DNA of 27,727 nucleotides from a virus (lineage: Duplodnaviria; Caudoviricetes). Positions 1 through 8,825 of the stretch are shown piece after piece. Under the pieces are notes generated by a model, which saw nothing but the letters and a program-made list of their open reading frames with translations, had not been told where the DNA came from and searched no databases. The position numbers and the translations under genes are program-made. The stretch spans positions 1 to 27,727 of the IMG/VR virus record IMGVR_UViG_3300037424_001102; one strand, given 5' to 3'. Positions within the stretch are counted from its first letter, which is position 1; the number at the start of each line of letters is the position of its first letter.

Positions 1-45
1 AGTACCAAATGGATAGGAATCGAAATGACCCCTATCCTAATAGAC

Positions 46-243
46 TCAATGTTTATGCTTATTTGTCCTTTTCTTTGGTCTGTCCTCATTGTTGAGGATG
101 GCCAGAAGGTTGCTTGCTTTCCCGGACCACTCGGACATGAGTGACTTCAGGTCTGCGGCAGCGGCGGTGTAACCATGATCGAGATACCACCTCTTTATTC
201 TCCGCCACGTGCCTGCTTCCTCAGCAATAGCTTGATTGGTCAT
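46..243 (-). CDS. hypothetical phage protein (65 aa)
   Basis: ORF track 46..282; start moved to ATG 243, which follows the RBS AACAGGAGGAG. Confidence 0.75.
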   Translation of the reverse strand: MTNQAIAEEAGTWRRIKRWYLDHGYTAAAADLKSLMSEWSGKASNLLAILNNEDRPKKRTNKHKH

Positions 244-309
244 GATACTCCTCCTGTTGTTGAAAATGTACAAAGATGGCACACAAAGAAGTGTGCCACA
301 ATTTGCTGT

Positions 310-690
310 CTATCCTTTTAGTATGCCCGATATAATGTTGACAAGAAAGTTGGTTGTAGCCAACTGCTTTTCTTTTTTCTCACTGATAAGCGAGCGGAAG
401 TATTCAACCCTCTCATCGATGACAGCCTTGTTTGCATCACTGGCGAAGTGGTAAGTAATAAAAGCGTTGAAGTCATGAAATTCCTTTGTGTCCCTTTTAT
501 ACTCTTTTCCGTCGGTGACAACATCAACAGCAAGGAGAGCGATGGCCATTTTCAGGCCAAGATTTCCGACCGCGTATTCAAACCTTCTACTTTGGTCGAG
601 GGCTCTGATCATCAGAGTTGAGTTGGACGGGACCTTCATGTCAGGAACTTCATGTTCTCTTTTCAGGTAGTTCAAAAATACTTTTGCCAT
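310..690 (-). CDS. hypothetical phage protein
   Basis: 126 aa ORF with RBS ACAGGAGGAG and leader cassette. Confidence 0.8.
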   Translation of the reverse strand: MAKVFLNYLKREHEVPDMKVPSNSTLMIRALDQSRRFEYAVGNLGLKMAIALLAVDVVTDGKEYKRDTKEFHDFNAFITYHFASDANKAVIDERVEYFRSLISEKKEKQLATTNFLVNIISGILKG

Positions 691-751
691 GTTCTCCTCC
701 TGTGGTGCCTAAATGACAAAAGAGGGCGGCAGATAATTGCCGCCCAAATAG

Positions 752-1165
752 CTATACGATGGCGCTTGGGTGAAGGTCGTAGCTGATAACCGCTCCGCAG
801 GCCCCACAAACAACGAACTTCTCGCCGGGGTACCCATCAACGGTTTTCAAATTCTTGCGTTCTCCGCACCGCTGGCATGACGACACAAGCCTTTGGTGGG
901 CTCGGTGTAGGTGTCTGACACTACAGCCAAGATTGATTTCAAACTGACGGCAAATTTCTTCGGCTTTGCCGTGGAACCGTTCTCCGGCGATGGTCATGAA
1001 AGTAACCAGCCCATCATGGAAGACAATTTTCAACCCATCGTGGCTCTTTCGAAGTTCATATTCGATGAAACCATATGGGTCATGTTCTGGGCCTTCGTAA
1101 CCATGGGCAATTGTGATTGTGGAGCTTCCGGTCCTGATTGAGGTCTCATGACAAACTTCTCGCAT
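752..1165 (-). CDS. hypothetical protein with C-terminal Zn ribbon
   Basis: CQRC...CGAC motif; RBS ACAGGAGGAG. Confidence 0.8.
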   Translation of the reverse strand: MREVCHETSIRTGSSTITIAHGYEGPEHDPYGFIEYELRKSHDGLKIVFHDGLVTFMTIAGERFHGKAEEICRQFEINLGCSVRHLHRAHQRLVSSCQRCGERKNLKTVDGYPGEKFVVCGACGAVISYDLHPSAIV

Positions 1166-1230
1166 CTGGATTCTCCTCCTGTCAAAAGATAAAGTACAAA
1201 AGTGGGTGGAGCTTCTGCCCCACCCAAAAT

Positions 1231-1734
1231 TCAGATCAAAGATTTCCCATCCACAATGAAAATGGAGTAGGTGTAGACCGTCTCGATCTCTGGCTCATCG
1301 TAGAGGTACTCACAGTGAGAAACTTGTTTCCCAATGTAAGGACCCCACTTATTCCAGCGCCACCCACCTTTCGGTGGTTGATCCTTCTTGTCAAGACGAA
1401 CCAAGGAGATGACAAACTTCTCTTTGCTGGCCTCAAAGTCAAAGGCCTCGAGAAGCTGCTCCGGGGAATCACAGACGCCGTAGTCGTTCAGACCCCCAAT
1501 CAGGCTCGGCACCCCGGCGATGTCAAGGTCCATGAAATACATCATGTCCTTTAGTTTTTCCTGCACCTCGTGCTCAAAGTTCCAGTGAGAACACAGATAC
1601 ACGCCCTTTTGCAGTCTCACCGGCGGCTCTCCTTCACCAGCAACAATCCTTGACACGGCAAGGAAAGGGTTGATGTTGAAGAGCTTATCCGTGGGCAGCT
1701 TTTCGGGGCACAGTAACGTCACGTCAGTTAGCAT
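1231..1734 (-). CDS. hypothetical phage protein
   Basis: 167 aa ORF; RBS GCAGGAGGAG. Confidence 0.8.
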   Translation of the reverse strand: MLTDVTLLCPEKLPTDKLFNINPFLAVSRIVAGEGEPPVRLQKGVYLCSHWNFEHEVQEKLKDMMYFMDLDIAGVPSLIGGLNDYGVCDSPEQLLEAFDFEASKEKFVISLVRLDKKDQPPKGGWRWNKWGPYIGKQVSHCEYLYDEPEIETVYTYSIFIVDGKSLI

Positions 1735-1807
1735 GACACTCCTCCTGCTTCAGGTTTAGTACAAAAGAGGATGGGGCAAAGCCCCATCCAAATGTTGGTC
1801 TGCCTAA

Positions 1808-2167
1808 TTAGTCATCCCACGCGGCATCGAACGCATCATAGTCGTCAAGATCATGATCGTAGTAATCGTAAGGCTCATCATCCTGTTCCCTGAGTTCCTC
1901 ATCATGGAGGAAGTCACCAAACGCATCATACATGTCGAGGGTGTAGAGGTCGTCCATGTGCTGTTTGTCGATTTTGCGCTGTTCAACCATTTCCTCCTCA
2001 ACACAGAGGAGGTGGTTGCGAAGCTCTTCCTTGAGAAGCCGCTTTACCCGGCGGCGGGCAAGATGCCGACTCTTAACCTTATCCTTATGTGATGGTGCAC
2101 ACAGCTTCCAAAAGCCGCCACCAAGGGAGGATTTGCGAAACAGCGCCTTCCTGAATGTATCCGACAT
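1808..2167 (-). CDS. hypothetical protein with basic N-terminus and very acidic C-terminus
   Basis: 119 aa; RBS ACAGGAGGAG; D/E/Y-rich tail. Confidence 0.75.
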   Translation of the reverse strand: MSDTFRKALFRKSSLGGGFWKLCAPSHKDKVKSRHLARRRVKRLLKEELRNHLLCVEEEMVEQRKIDKQHMDDLYTLDMYDAFGDFLHDEELREQDDEPYDYYDHDLDDYDAFDAAWDD

Positions 2168-2230
2168 GATTTAGTCTCCTCCTGTATTACAATTACCAAA
2201 TTAGTAAAGGGGATGGGGCAGAGCCCCATC

Positions 2231-2503
2231 CTAATTTGTTCCGCAACGCCCAAGCAACCAGGGCAGTACCTTATCGTGGTACTGTTCTTTGTAGTCGACC
2301 TGGAAGGTGTTGCGTTTTATCCGTTTTACTGAAACCATGACAGGAACCACGGATTCATCCGGCACGAAAGTCTTTGCAAACTCGTTGTACCTCATGCCGT
2401 GGGTAACTTTCTCAAAGCACCCAGGTATCCTTATGCCTAAGTGAGCATTTGGACCAAGGCGCTTGAGAACCAGTTGATCGTCAAGCTGCATGGTAACTTG
2501 CAT
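2231..2503 (-). CDS. hypothetical phage protein
   Basis: 90 aa ORF; RBS GAAGGA. Confidence 0.7.
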   Translation of the reverse strand: MQVTMQLDDQLVLKRLGPNAHLGIRIPGCFEKVTHGMRYNEFAKTFVPDESVVPVMVSVKRIKRNTFQVDYKEQYHDKVLPWLLGRCGTN

Positions 2504-2518
2504 TACACGTCCTTCTTT

Positions 2519-2683
2519 TTACCAACGGCGCGGGTACTCTGGATGCTTGCTGTTCTTCTTTTTTGGCTTGCTGCGTTCAATCACGTCTTCAGTAACGCTC
2601 TCTATGATCTTTTTTGCAGCAAACACAAGCATGCAAAAGGTGAAAATGACGAGGATAGCACCAAGCACCATTTCAAAATCCAT
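2519..2683 (-). CDS. small membrane-anchored protein (54 aa, not in the ORF track)
   Basis: Hand translation MDFEMVLGAILVIFTFCMLVFAAKKIIESVTEDVIERSKPKKKNSKHPEYPRRW; RBS AACAGGAGGT; one hydrophobic helix. Confidence 0.75.
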   Translation of the reverse strand: MDFEMVLGAILVIFTFCMLVFAAKKIIESVTEDVIERSKPKKKNSKHPEYPRRW

Positions 2684-2744
2684 AATGGTCACCTCCTGTT
2701 GTTGAATAACAAAAGAGGGTGGAGCTTATGCCCCACCCAAATGA

Positions 2745-3050
2745 TTATCTTGTCATATCATACTTCCAGTGATCCGGTCCGAAAGCAACGTGACAGGCCA
2801 CCTTATCCGAGATGGCCTTATCGCGCGCCAGCTTGGCGTCCCCCTTTTTGAAGAAGGTGCCATATTCCACAAGAGCATGCCCGGCATGGCCCCTCAACTC
2901 AAAGAGGGCAGGCTTGCGCTGGATGTGGACGGTGGGAATCACCGTGGCCACGGCCTTTTCCTCATTGGCTGCCTTTTTGGGTTCCTTTTTGATGCGTGGC
3001 TTTTTTGAAACCTTTGCGACCTTTTTCTTCTCCACGTTTTCACGCTTCAT
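2745..3050 (-). CDS. hypothetical Lys-rich protein
   Basis: 101 aa; RBS AAGAGGAG. Confidence 0.75.
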   Translation of the reverse strand: MKRENVEKKKVAKVSKKPRIKKEPKKAANEEKAVATVIPTVHIQRKPALFELRGHAGHALVEYGTFFKKGDAKLARDKAISDKVACHVAFGPDHWKYDMTR

Positions 3051-3127
3051 AGAAGTTCTCCTCTTGTTGTGTCACTAAAAGTGACAAAGTGGATAGGAGG
3101 ATCGAAACACCCCCTATCCTAATAGAC

Positions 3128-3688
3128 TCAGTTGAAACCCTGGATGAATTCCCTTGCCGCTTCCTCAGTCCCTTCCATAATGGCGTCGAGACCGAGGACA
3201 CTAACAAGCGTGCCGGCGGACTTTTCAGTCTCTGCATTCTTTTTGATGTCTGACAGCATGGATGTGATTGCGCCACGAAAATCACCGACCTCAATGTAGG
3301 CCATGGCACGGTCCTTGCACCATTGAAGATGCTTTTGCCTTTCCGTAAGCTTTGGGTGGAACCACCACCCACCGTAGATACTACCATCCGTCATGGTGAG
3401 CATCTGTCTGTGTCCAGAGATACACAAGTTGTCTGGGTTGCCGAGGTTTCTGACGGAAGCAACGGTCAACGCATAGTCAGGGTTGTCCGTAATCCCAGGC
3501 TTGTGAAGGCATACTAATTCATCATCAGTACGAAACCTCACCACGTCCCCAGGTGAAAACGTTCCTTCTATGAATGGGATTGGAATCCAGACTGCGTCCG
3601 GGGTGGTATCAATCCCGCTGTCACAGCCTTCGTAGTCCTCGAAGATCCCCATTTCATGGGAATCATCACGTTCATCATAATCAGGCAT
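3128..3688 (-). CDS. hypothetical phage protein (186 aa)
   Basis: Start moved to ATG 3688 (MPDYDERD), downstream of RBS AAGAGGAG and the leader cassette. Confidence 0.75.
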   Translation of the reverse strand: MPDYDERDDSHEMGIFEDYEGCDSGIDTTPDAVWIPIPFIEGTFSPGDVVRFRTDDELVCLHKPGITDNPDYALTVASVRNLGNPDNLCISGHRQMLTMTDGSIYGGWWFHPKLTERQKHLQWCKDRAMAYIEVGDFRGAITSMLSDIKKNAETEKSAGTLVSVLGLDAIMEGTEEAAREFIQGFN

Positions 3689-3770
3689 TAAAGGCTCTCC
3701 TCTTGTCATAGCATTTATAACAAAAGAGGTGAGAAACACAAGTTTGATCCTCACCTGAATAGTTTAGTAG

Positions 3771-3914
3771 TCAGATTACATATACGGACACCATGATGAC
3801 AACCAAAAGCCACCCAATGGGGCCGTAGAGTTTTCCAGGAACAAGCATTGAAAACGATAGGCAGAGGATAGCCGCCAGCAACAGCAGCCACCTGAAGAAC
3901 TCGTTGGCGTACAT
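3771..3914 (-). CDS. small two-TM membrane protein (47 aa, not in the ORF track)
   Basis: Hand translation MYANEFFRWLLLLAAILCLSFSMLVPGKLYGPIGWLLVVIMVSVYVI; RBS CAGGAGG. Confidence 0.7.
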   Translation of the reverse strand: MYANEFFRWLLLLAAILCLSFSMLVPGKLYGPIGWLLVVIMVSVYVI

Positions 3915-3978
3915 TTGTTCATCCTCCTGGAAGGTAAATTACCAAAAGGAGGTCACAAAGCGTGACCTCCAATAAATT

Positions 3979-4335
3979 TTAGTCGATGACCCTGTCCTGC
4001 GGAACGTAGACAACGCCAATTATTGCGGCTTTCTCAAAGTGGTAGGAATCAGGCTTTTCATACTCGGCCTTGGACATTGGCAAAACCATCATTCCATCGG
4101 TAAACCAGCCAACGTTCCCGGACGTAGACCCGGATTTGTAGACGCGCTGCCCAGCTTTCAGGTTCTTCAACATTGCCAAAGCGGCATCATTTCTGACTGA
4201 AATGGACTTGTGAGAAGCAAGGATGCAATCAATCATTTCATCCGCAGCATTCTCATCTCCGTCCAGCCATAGGTAGATTTCTTCAGCATCACGCTCGGAC
4301 AAGCTTTCAAGAAGCTTCTTCAGTGACTCATGCAT
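3979..4335 (-). CDS. hypothetical phage protein
   Basis: ORF 3979..4341; ATG 4335 fits the RBS CAGGAGGAG spacing better than GTG 4341. Confidence 0.75.
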   Translation of the reverse strand: MHESLKKLLESLSERDAEEIYLWLDGDENAADEMIDCILASHKSISVRNDAALAMLKNLKAGQRVYKSGSTSGNVGWFTDGMMVLPMSKAEYEKPDSYHFEKAAIIGVVYVPQDRVID

Positions 4336-4417
4336 GATCACTCCTCCTGGCTAGGTTTGTCAAATGTTCAAACAAGGGAAGCGTGAAGTGTTCAGATATG
4401 CTTCCCTTAAAGCAGTT

Positions 4418-4954
4418 CTACCTGTTTGCTTCTTCATCACGGGCATACTTCAGCCACCCCTCATGGAGATCCTTTTCATTTATTGGCCCCCATGCGGATT
4501 TAGAAGCGTTCTTTATTATATGTGCCTTGAACTCTTGTTCCGTCAAACCGCGCTCATGGGTGGGGTTGAACGGTTTGGAGGAGATTGCGTAGGACTTGTT
4601 GACGTTTTTACCGGCAAGCCAGCCCGTTGATATCTCAAACACCATTTTATCTATGTGGGTGTAAATTTCACCAGTGTGAAACTGCTTCCCACGTGAGATA
4701 CCAACACAGTGAATATTCAACCTCCCAACCTTGTAAACTTTCCATGAGTGAGTGGTCATGTAGTAGCCAGCGTCGTCCTCAACGTAGACGTGATCTCCAA
4801 CCTTCAGAGACCTTCTCCAGGAGACTTCCGGCTTAGATGTAAGAAAGTATTCACGCTCAGCCATTAAACGGTAGGCTTCATCGTCTGAAACGCTACCAGC
4901 AACACCTTTGGTAATCTCCATTGATCTTTTCTGTATTTGTAGCCGTGAAAGCAT
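4418..4954 (-). CDS. hypothetical phage protein
   Basis: 178 aa; RBS GAGAGGA. Confidence 0.75.
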   Translation of the reverse strand: MLSRLQIQKRSMEITKGVAGSVSDDEAYRLMAEREYFLTSKPEVSWRRSLKVGDHVYVEDDAGYYMTTHSWKVYKVGRLNIHCVGISRGKQFHTGEIYTHIDKMVFEISTGWLAGKNVNKSYAISSKPFNPTHERGLTEQEFKAHIIKNASKSAWGPINEKDLHEGWLKYARDEEANR

Positions 4955-6213
4955 AATATCCTCTCATTGGTTTTTTTCCCCAGCCATAGGATTAGACTTA
5001 GATGAATGTACATCTACAAAAAACGATAGAAGTAATCCCAAAGATAATATCCTTGAGTATTACCCCATATTGAAAGGGTTAAAGGTGGTGAGATATCAAC
5101 AAGGCTGAAATGCCTTTCCATCCCACCACCCCCATAACAGGAGGAGGAGAACCATAAAGGGCATAATGTGAAAGCTTATCTCAGTATCTAGCCCGGTTAA
5201 ACCCCTTGATAGTCAAGGAAAACACACAACACGTGGTATGAAACACCACACACTAGTCATAGAAAGTACGTAGAAAGTGGGTTTTTTGGGGGGCCTCGCA
5301 CGACCATATAAATCTCTTGTTGTTTTTGTTTCCTGGGATGATGATCTTTTTATCCAACACCCAATGGCATTTGGATAGCTCCTATGTCCACGCAGGAAGC
5401 GCCCGCTCACCCATGCATTAAGATTATACGTGTGGATAACCCAAATGTGTTTCCCACAACCAACCTTAACACCCTTGTTGATCAGGTTTGTGCTGGATGC
5501 CCGTAGCATGTTGAGTTGTAAGTGGATGTGTCCTGTGTCCGTAAGGGCTGGACACTTAGTTGGATAGTCTCTTACCCAATTTAACTTCCTGGCCTTGGCA
5601 TTGCAGCCAAGGGATTATCCTTCTAGGTAGCACTGCCATTTGAAGGGTTGTTCAGTCATCTAGTATCCAAGTGATGTCAGTGGGAAGTTTCCCAACTGAT
5701 CAGCTTTACTTAGATACACTTGCCCTGTATCCCTGTGACCGCTATGAAGCCAGCCCTATAAGGGGGGAGGTTTTCCGCCAGCCATGAGTGCCACTTTCCC
5801 CATTGCGGGTATCGCAGCCTTTTTATGTTATCCGTCTCATGCGGTACGGTGTGCCACAATTTTTGCGCTCTGTTTCCGGGTAGCGTTCCCGGCCGGGCAT
5901 TCAATGTAGTCCCTTATCCCGACTTGGGCAATGCAACTCAGCAGTACCAACTTCCTTACCACAACAGCGCATTACCCGTAACCATAATGCCATAGGTAGG
6001 GGCTCAAATCAATAGTGTTAGTTAACATCACAAATACTTGAAAACACTCACTATTACTTGACCTCCAAAGTAATTCACCTGAAGGCTTTCACCATTCAAT
6101 GTTCGTCCTCACCAGGATCGAAACATCACCTATCGCGATAGGGCGTTTTTTATCCAGCCTCACTGAACTCGTCGTGGCTTTTGTTTTCCCCCAAGTTGTC
6201 TTCTTCCCCAGTG

Positions 6214-6572
6214 TGTGTGTATAATCTGGCGCGAAGAAGAAAACAAAAACGAGGATCTCTTACTGTGTGTAGATGTATCTTGATTATGTGTATATGGATA
6301 TGTATATGGATATGTGTAAAAGGATCTCTTACTGTATATATTGGATAGATACTTTACTGTATATATTGGATATGTGTAAAAGGATCTCTTACTGTATATA
6401 TTGGATAGATACTTTACTGTATATATTGGATATGTGTAAATGGCATTTGGATAGCTCCTATGTCCACGATTTGGATAGCTCCTTGGATAGCTCCTTGGAT
6501 AGCTCCTTGGATAGCTCCTATGTCTCAGCGTGTGTATAATCTGGCGCGAAGAAGAAAACAAAAACGAGGATC
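6214..6572. repeat. composite repeat block
   Basis: ~43-bp direct repeat GTGTGTATAATCTGGCGCGAAGAAGAAAACAAAAACGAGGATCT at ~6215 and ~6530. It brackets a 60-bp tandem duplication (~6308-6440) and TTGGATAGCTCC x5 (6447-6518). ATGGCATTTGGATAGCTCCTATGTCCACG recurs at ~5364-5392. Confidence 0.9.
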
Positions 6573-6819
6573 TATGCCTAGGATAATTTACTGTGTGTAT
6601 CAAAAACGAAACGTTGTCTATCCAATAAGCAAAAATTTGATTGAGCCTACTGGACTCTTCCTCTTTGTTTGTTTCTTCCCCCGTGCATTTGACCAAAGCA
6701 ATTGAGGATCGAAACACCCCTTATCGCGATGGGGGCTGGTCCCTCCTCCATGACAATCTTCCTCGTTGTTTGATTGGCCCTCCTCTTTGGGGTCCTCTTC
6801 TTCCCCCGCGTTGGCACGC

Positions 6820-6882
6820 TTCTTGCTTCCTCTTCCTCCTGGCATGATTCTTGCTTCCTCTTCCTCCTGGCATGATTCTTGC
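6820..6882. repeat. 28-bp tandem duplication
   Basis: TTCTTGCTTCCTCTTCCTCCTGGCATGA x2. Confidence 0.85.
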
Positions 6883-6963
6883 ACATGCATCTTCCATGCC
6901 ACGTGGTGGCACTATATGTGTATATCCATGATGCATATTTCTTGCCAACTATGGTGCAGGAAT

Positions 6964-6998
6964 AAAAAAAGCCCCCGGCCCAATGAAGGGCTAGGGGC
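6964..6998 (-). terminator. intrinsic terminator
   Basis: Minus strand GCCCCTAGCCC...GGGCCGGGGGC followed by a T run, after the 7007 gene. Confidence 0.75.
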
Positions 6999-7006
6999 AG
7001 TTGAGG

Positions 7007-7192
7007 TTAGCGCGTTGTGGCGCGGTAAATGAGCCATAGGGCAACGAACCACGCCACCATGCCACCAGGCACGGCAACAAAAGGGTTGAGCCCCTGCCCT
7101 ACGTATTGCCATTGCCAGCCAAGCCAAAAGGCAAGGGTGCCAATCAGCACATAGGCCGGGATTGTGAACATGTAAAAACACGTTTTGATCAT
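7007..7192 (-). CDS. small membrane protein (two hydrophobic segments)
   Basis: 61 aa hydrophobic ORF; RBS GGGGGAAG. Confidence 0.65.
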   Translation of the reverse strand: MIKTCFYMFTIPAYVLIGTLAFWLGWQWQYVGQGLNPFVAVPGGMVAWFVALWLIYRATTR

Positions 7193-7204
7193 GTGTACTT
7201 CCCC

Positions 7205-7561
7205 CTAATGCCAATGTGCGTTGCCAGTTAAATGCATCATGATCACATGGCAGCGCTCATGATGAATTGCATCAATGATTTTGCCAAGCGGTAAAGTGTT
7301 ATCCACAAATACCGTTGGGCGTGGCATGGTGAAAACAACAAATGCCAGTGTTCTCATGTGAGCATCAAACCCGTGATGCGCTGCCAAGGCTTTAATGCTT
7401 TCTGTATCCTTGCCAATGACCACAATGTCAACACCGCTTAGATCACGCTGGCATTCAACAGGATAAGGGTTGCCCGCTTGATCGTGCGCTGGGTACCCTT
7501 GCCCGGCCACGGCCCCGGTTGACAGTATCAGGGCCGTGGCAACAAGTAACATCCTAACCAT
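7205..7561 (-). CDS. secreted protein with signal peptide and HExxH-like motif (possible zincin-like fold)
   Basis: N-terminal LLVATALILSTGAVA; HHERCH motif near the C-terminus; RBS TGAGGT. Confidence 0.6.
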   Translation of the reverse strand: MVRMLLVATALILSTGAVAGQGYPAHDQAGNPYPVECQRDLSGVDIVVIGKDTESIKALAAHHGFDAHMRTLAFVVFTMPRPTVFVDNTLPLGKIIDAIHHERCHVIMMHLTGNAHWH

Positions 7562-7577
7562 GGCATTACCTCACATG

Positions 7578-7611
7578 AAAAAAGCCCCCAACCCTTTTGA
7601 GGTTAGGGGTC
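7578..7611 (-). terminator. intrinsic terminator-like hairpin
   Basis: Minus strand CCCCTAACCTC-AAAA-GGGTTGGGGG followed by TTTTTT. Confidence 0.7.
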
Positions 7612-7626
7612 TTTTGTGGTTGCTGT

Positions 7627-8148
7627 TCAGGCGGCAGGCGCGGGCTGTACGGTAGGGGTTTCATTGGCCTGGGTGTTAACCTTGGCCGGGGCCTTACCCT
7701 TGCCCTTGCCCTTGCTGGTGCCCTTGGTGGTGCCCTTGGCCTGTACCTTGCCCTGCCCCTTGACGGGGGCGTTGCTGGCACCCTTGCCCTTGCCCTTGCC
7801 GGTGCTCAGGCTGACGCGGTACACCACGTGGTTGGCCTGATTGTTTGCCATAGGCTCACCCTTCAACAGGCCGGCCGCAATGAGCGCACGGCGCTTGTTG
7901 TTTTGTGGATTGCCGCACGCCATAATGACTTGAAGGTTGGTGGCACCAGCCGGGCGTAGGTACATGGCCAGAGCAAGCGCGACCTTTGAGCCCGGGCGTG
8001 CGCCCAAAGTGTGCGCTGCGGTCAAGTCAGCCGGTGACGGCTTGGCCCCCATGGTGGTGGGTTGCCACTGCTTGAGGTAAGGCCCGTACCAATCATTAAT
8101 GGTGCCGGCCTTGGGGGTTGTGGTGGTGGTGGTATTCATCTTTGCCAT
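7627..8148 (-). CDS. putative DNA-binding protein (DUF3489/wHTH-like core with Lys/Gly-rich histone-like tail)
   Basis: RPGSKVALALAMYLRPAGAT resembles the DUF3489 pattern (R-GTK---IAML-RP-GAT); GKGKGK repeats; RBS TGAGGT. Confidence 0.6.
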   Translation of the reverse strand: MAKMNTTTTTTPKAGTINDWYGPYLKQWQPTTMGAKPSPADLTAAHTLGARPGSKVALALAMYLRPAGATNLQVIMACGNPQNNKRRALIAAGLLKGEPMANNQANHVVYRVSLSTGKGKGKGASNAPVKGQGKVQAKGTTKGTSKGKGKGKAPAKVNTQANETPTVQPAPAA

Positions 8149-8272
8149 GATATGAACCTCACATAAGGGGTTAAAAGCCTGATATCCTTTTGATTTTTTG
8201 CCTTGTCCGCCTGGGTGACTATGGAGGGTGCCCTGGGCTTTTATGGTGGCGTGTTCCTTGGCTTACAAATGC

Positions 8273-8301
8273 ATTATATGTGATGTCACATAACATGACA
8301 A
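8273..8301 (-). promoter_or_regulatory. sigma70-type promoter with a palindromic operator in the spacer
   Basis: TTGTCA-N17-TATAAT on the minus strand; inverted repeat TATGTGA-TG-TCACATA at 8277-8292. Confidence 0.8.
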
Positions 8302-8505
8302 TGGGTTTGTTAGGTGTTTTTGTTTTTTTCATTCATCCAAACGTGTGATTGAAAATGCCAAGGGGCAATGCATTTTATCATCCATGATGGTGTCTTCTTC
8401 CTTGCGCGCAAATGTCAAACCAAAATTCAAACGCACGCCTATCCGAGGGTATGGGAGGTCGGATTTGGGGAGGGGTATCCCCCCTGGAACCGGGCCACTC
8501 TCAGA

Positions 8506-8632
8506 CTAAATACCAAATTTTTTCCAGGCAGGAGTATCTTTAACACTAAAATCATATGGCAAACCTATATGAATGTTTTTTATCCGTGTAGTAAGTGTGC
8601 GTTGCTATCTAAATACCAAATTTTTTCCAGGC
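8506..8632. repeat. ~25-bp direct repeat
   Basis: CTAAATACCAAATTTTTT(T)CCAGGC at ~8506 and ~8609. Confidence 0.8.
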
Positions 8633-8783
8633 TCACTCTTCCACGGTCGGTTTATATAGTGCAAACCCCCTATGTAATGCTTTGTGCCCGGCTGTGTCTA
8701 CATAGTGCATGAAATGCAAAAAGTGTTTGTCCCTATATGTTTTTCATGTTTAATGGATAAATTTTTTTGGATATAAAGATATG

Positions 8784-8822
8784 AAAAGAGCCTATCCAGG
8801 TTTATTTGGATAGGCTCTCTTT
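8784..8822 (-). terminator. terminator closing the TIGR array transcript
   Basis: AGAGCCTATCCA-loop-TGGATAGGCTCT followed by TTT on the minus strand, directly after the last array unit. Confidence 0.75.
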
Positions 8823-8825
8823 GTA

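Larger units (their letters stand above)
6..4417 (-). repeat. dispersed intergenic cassette, 11 copies (hairpin + TTTGT-like tract + CAGGAGG/AAGAGGAG RBS)
   Basis: Copies at ~6-45 (partial), 244-309, 691-751, 1166-1230, 1735-1807, 2168-2230, 2684-2744, 3051-3127, 3689-3770, 3915-3978 and 4336-4417. Confidence 0.85.

Noticed and set aside
6105-6735. GGATCGAAAC as type I-C CRISPR repeat ends or solitary repeat anti-CRISPR RNAs
   Set aside because: The hairpin lies after the motif rather than before it, and spacing is irregular.
6160-6948. ORFs with YPRS/IAPW/DSSL repeats
   Set aside because: They are translations of DNA tandem repeats open in several frames, with no RBS.
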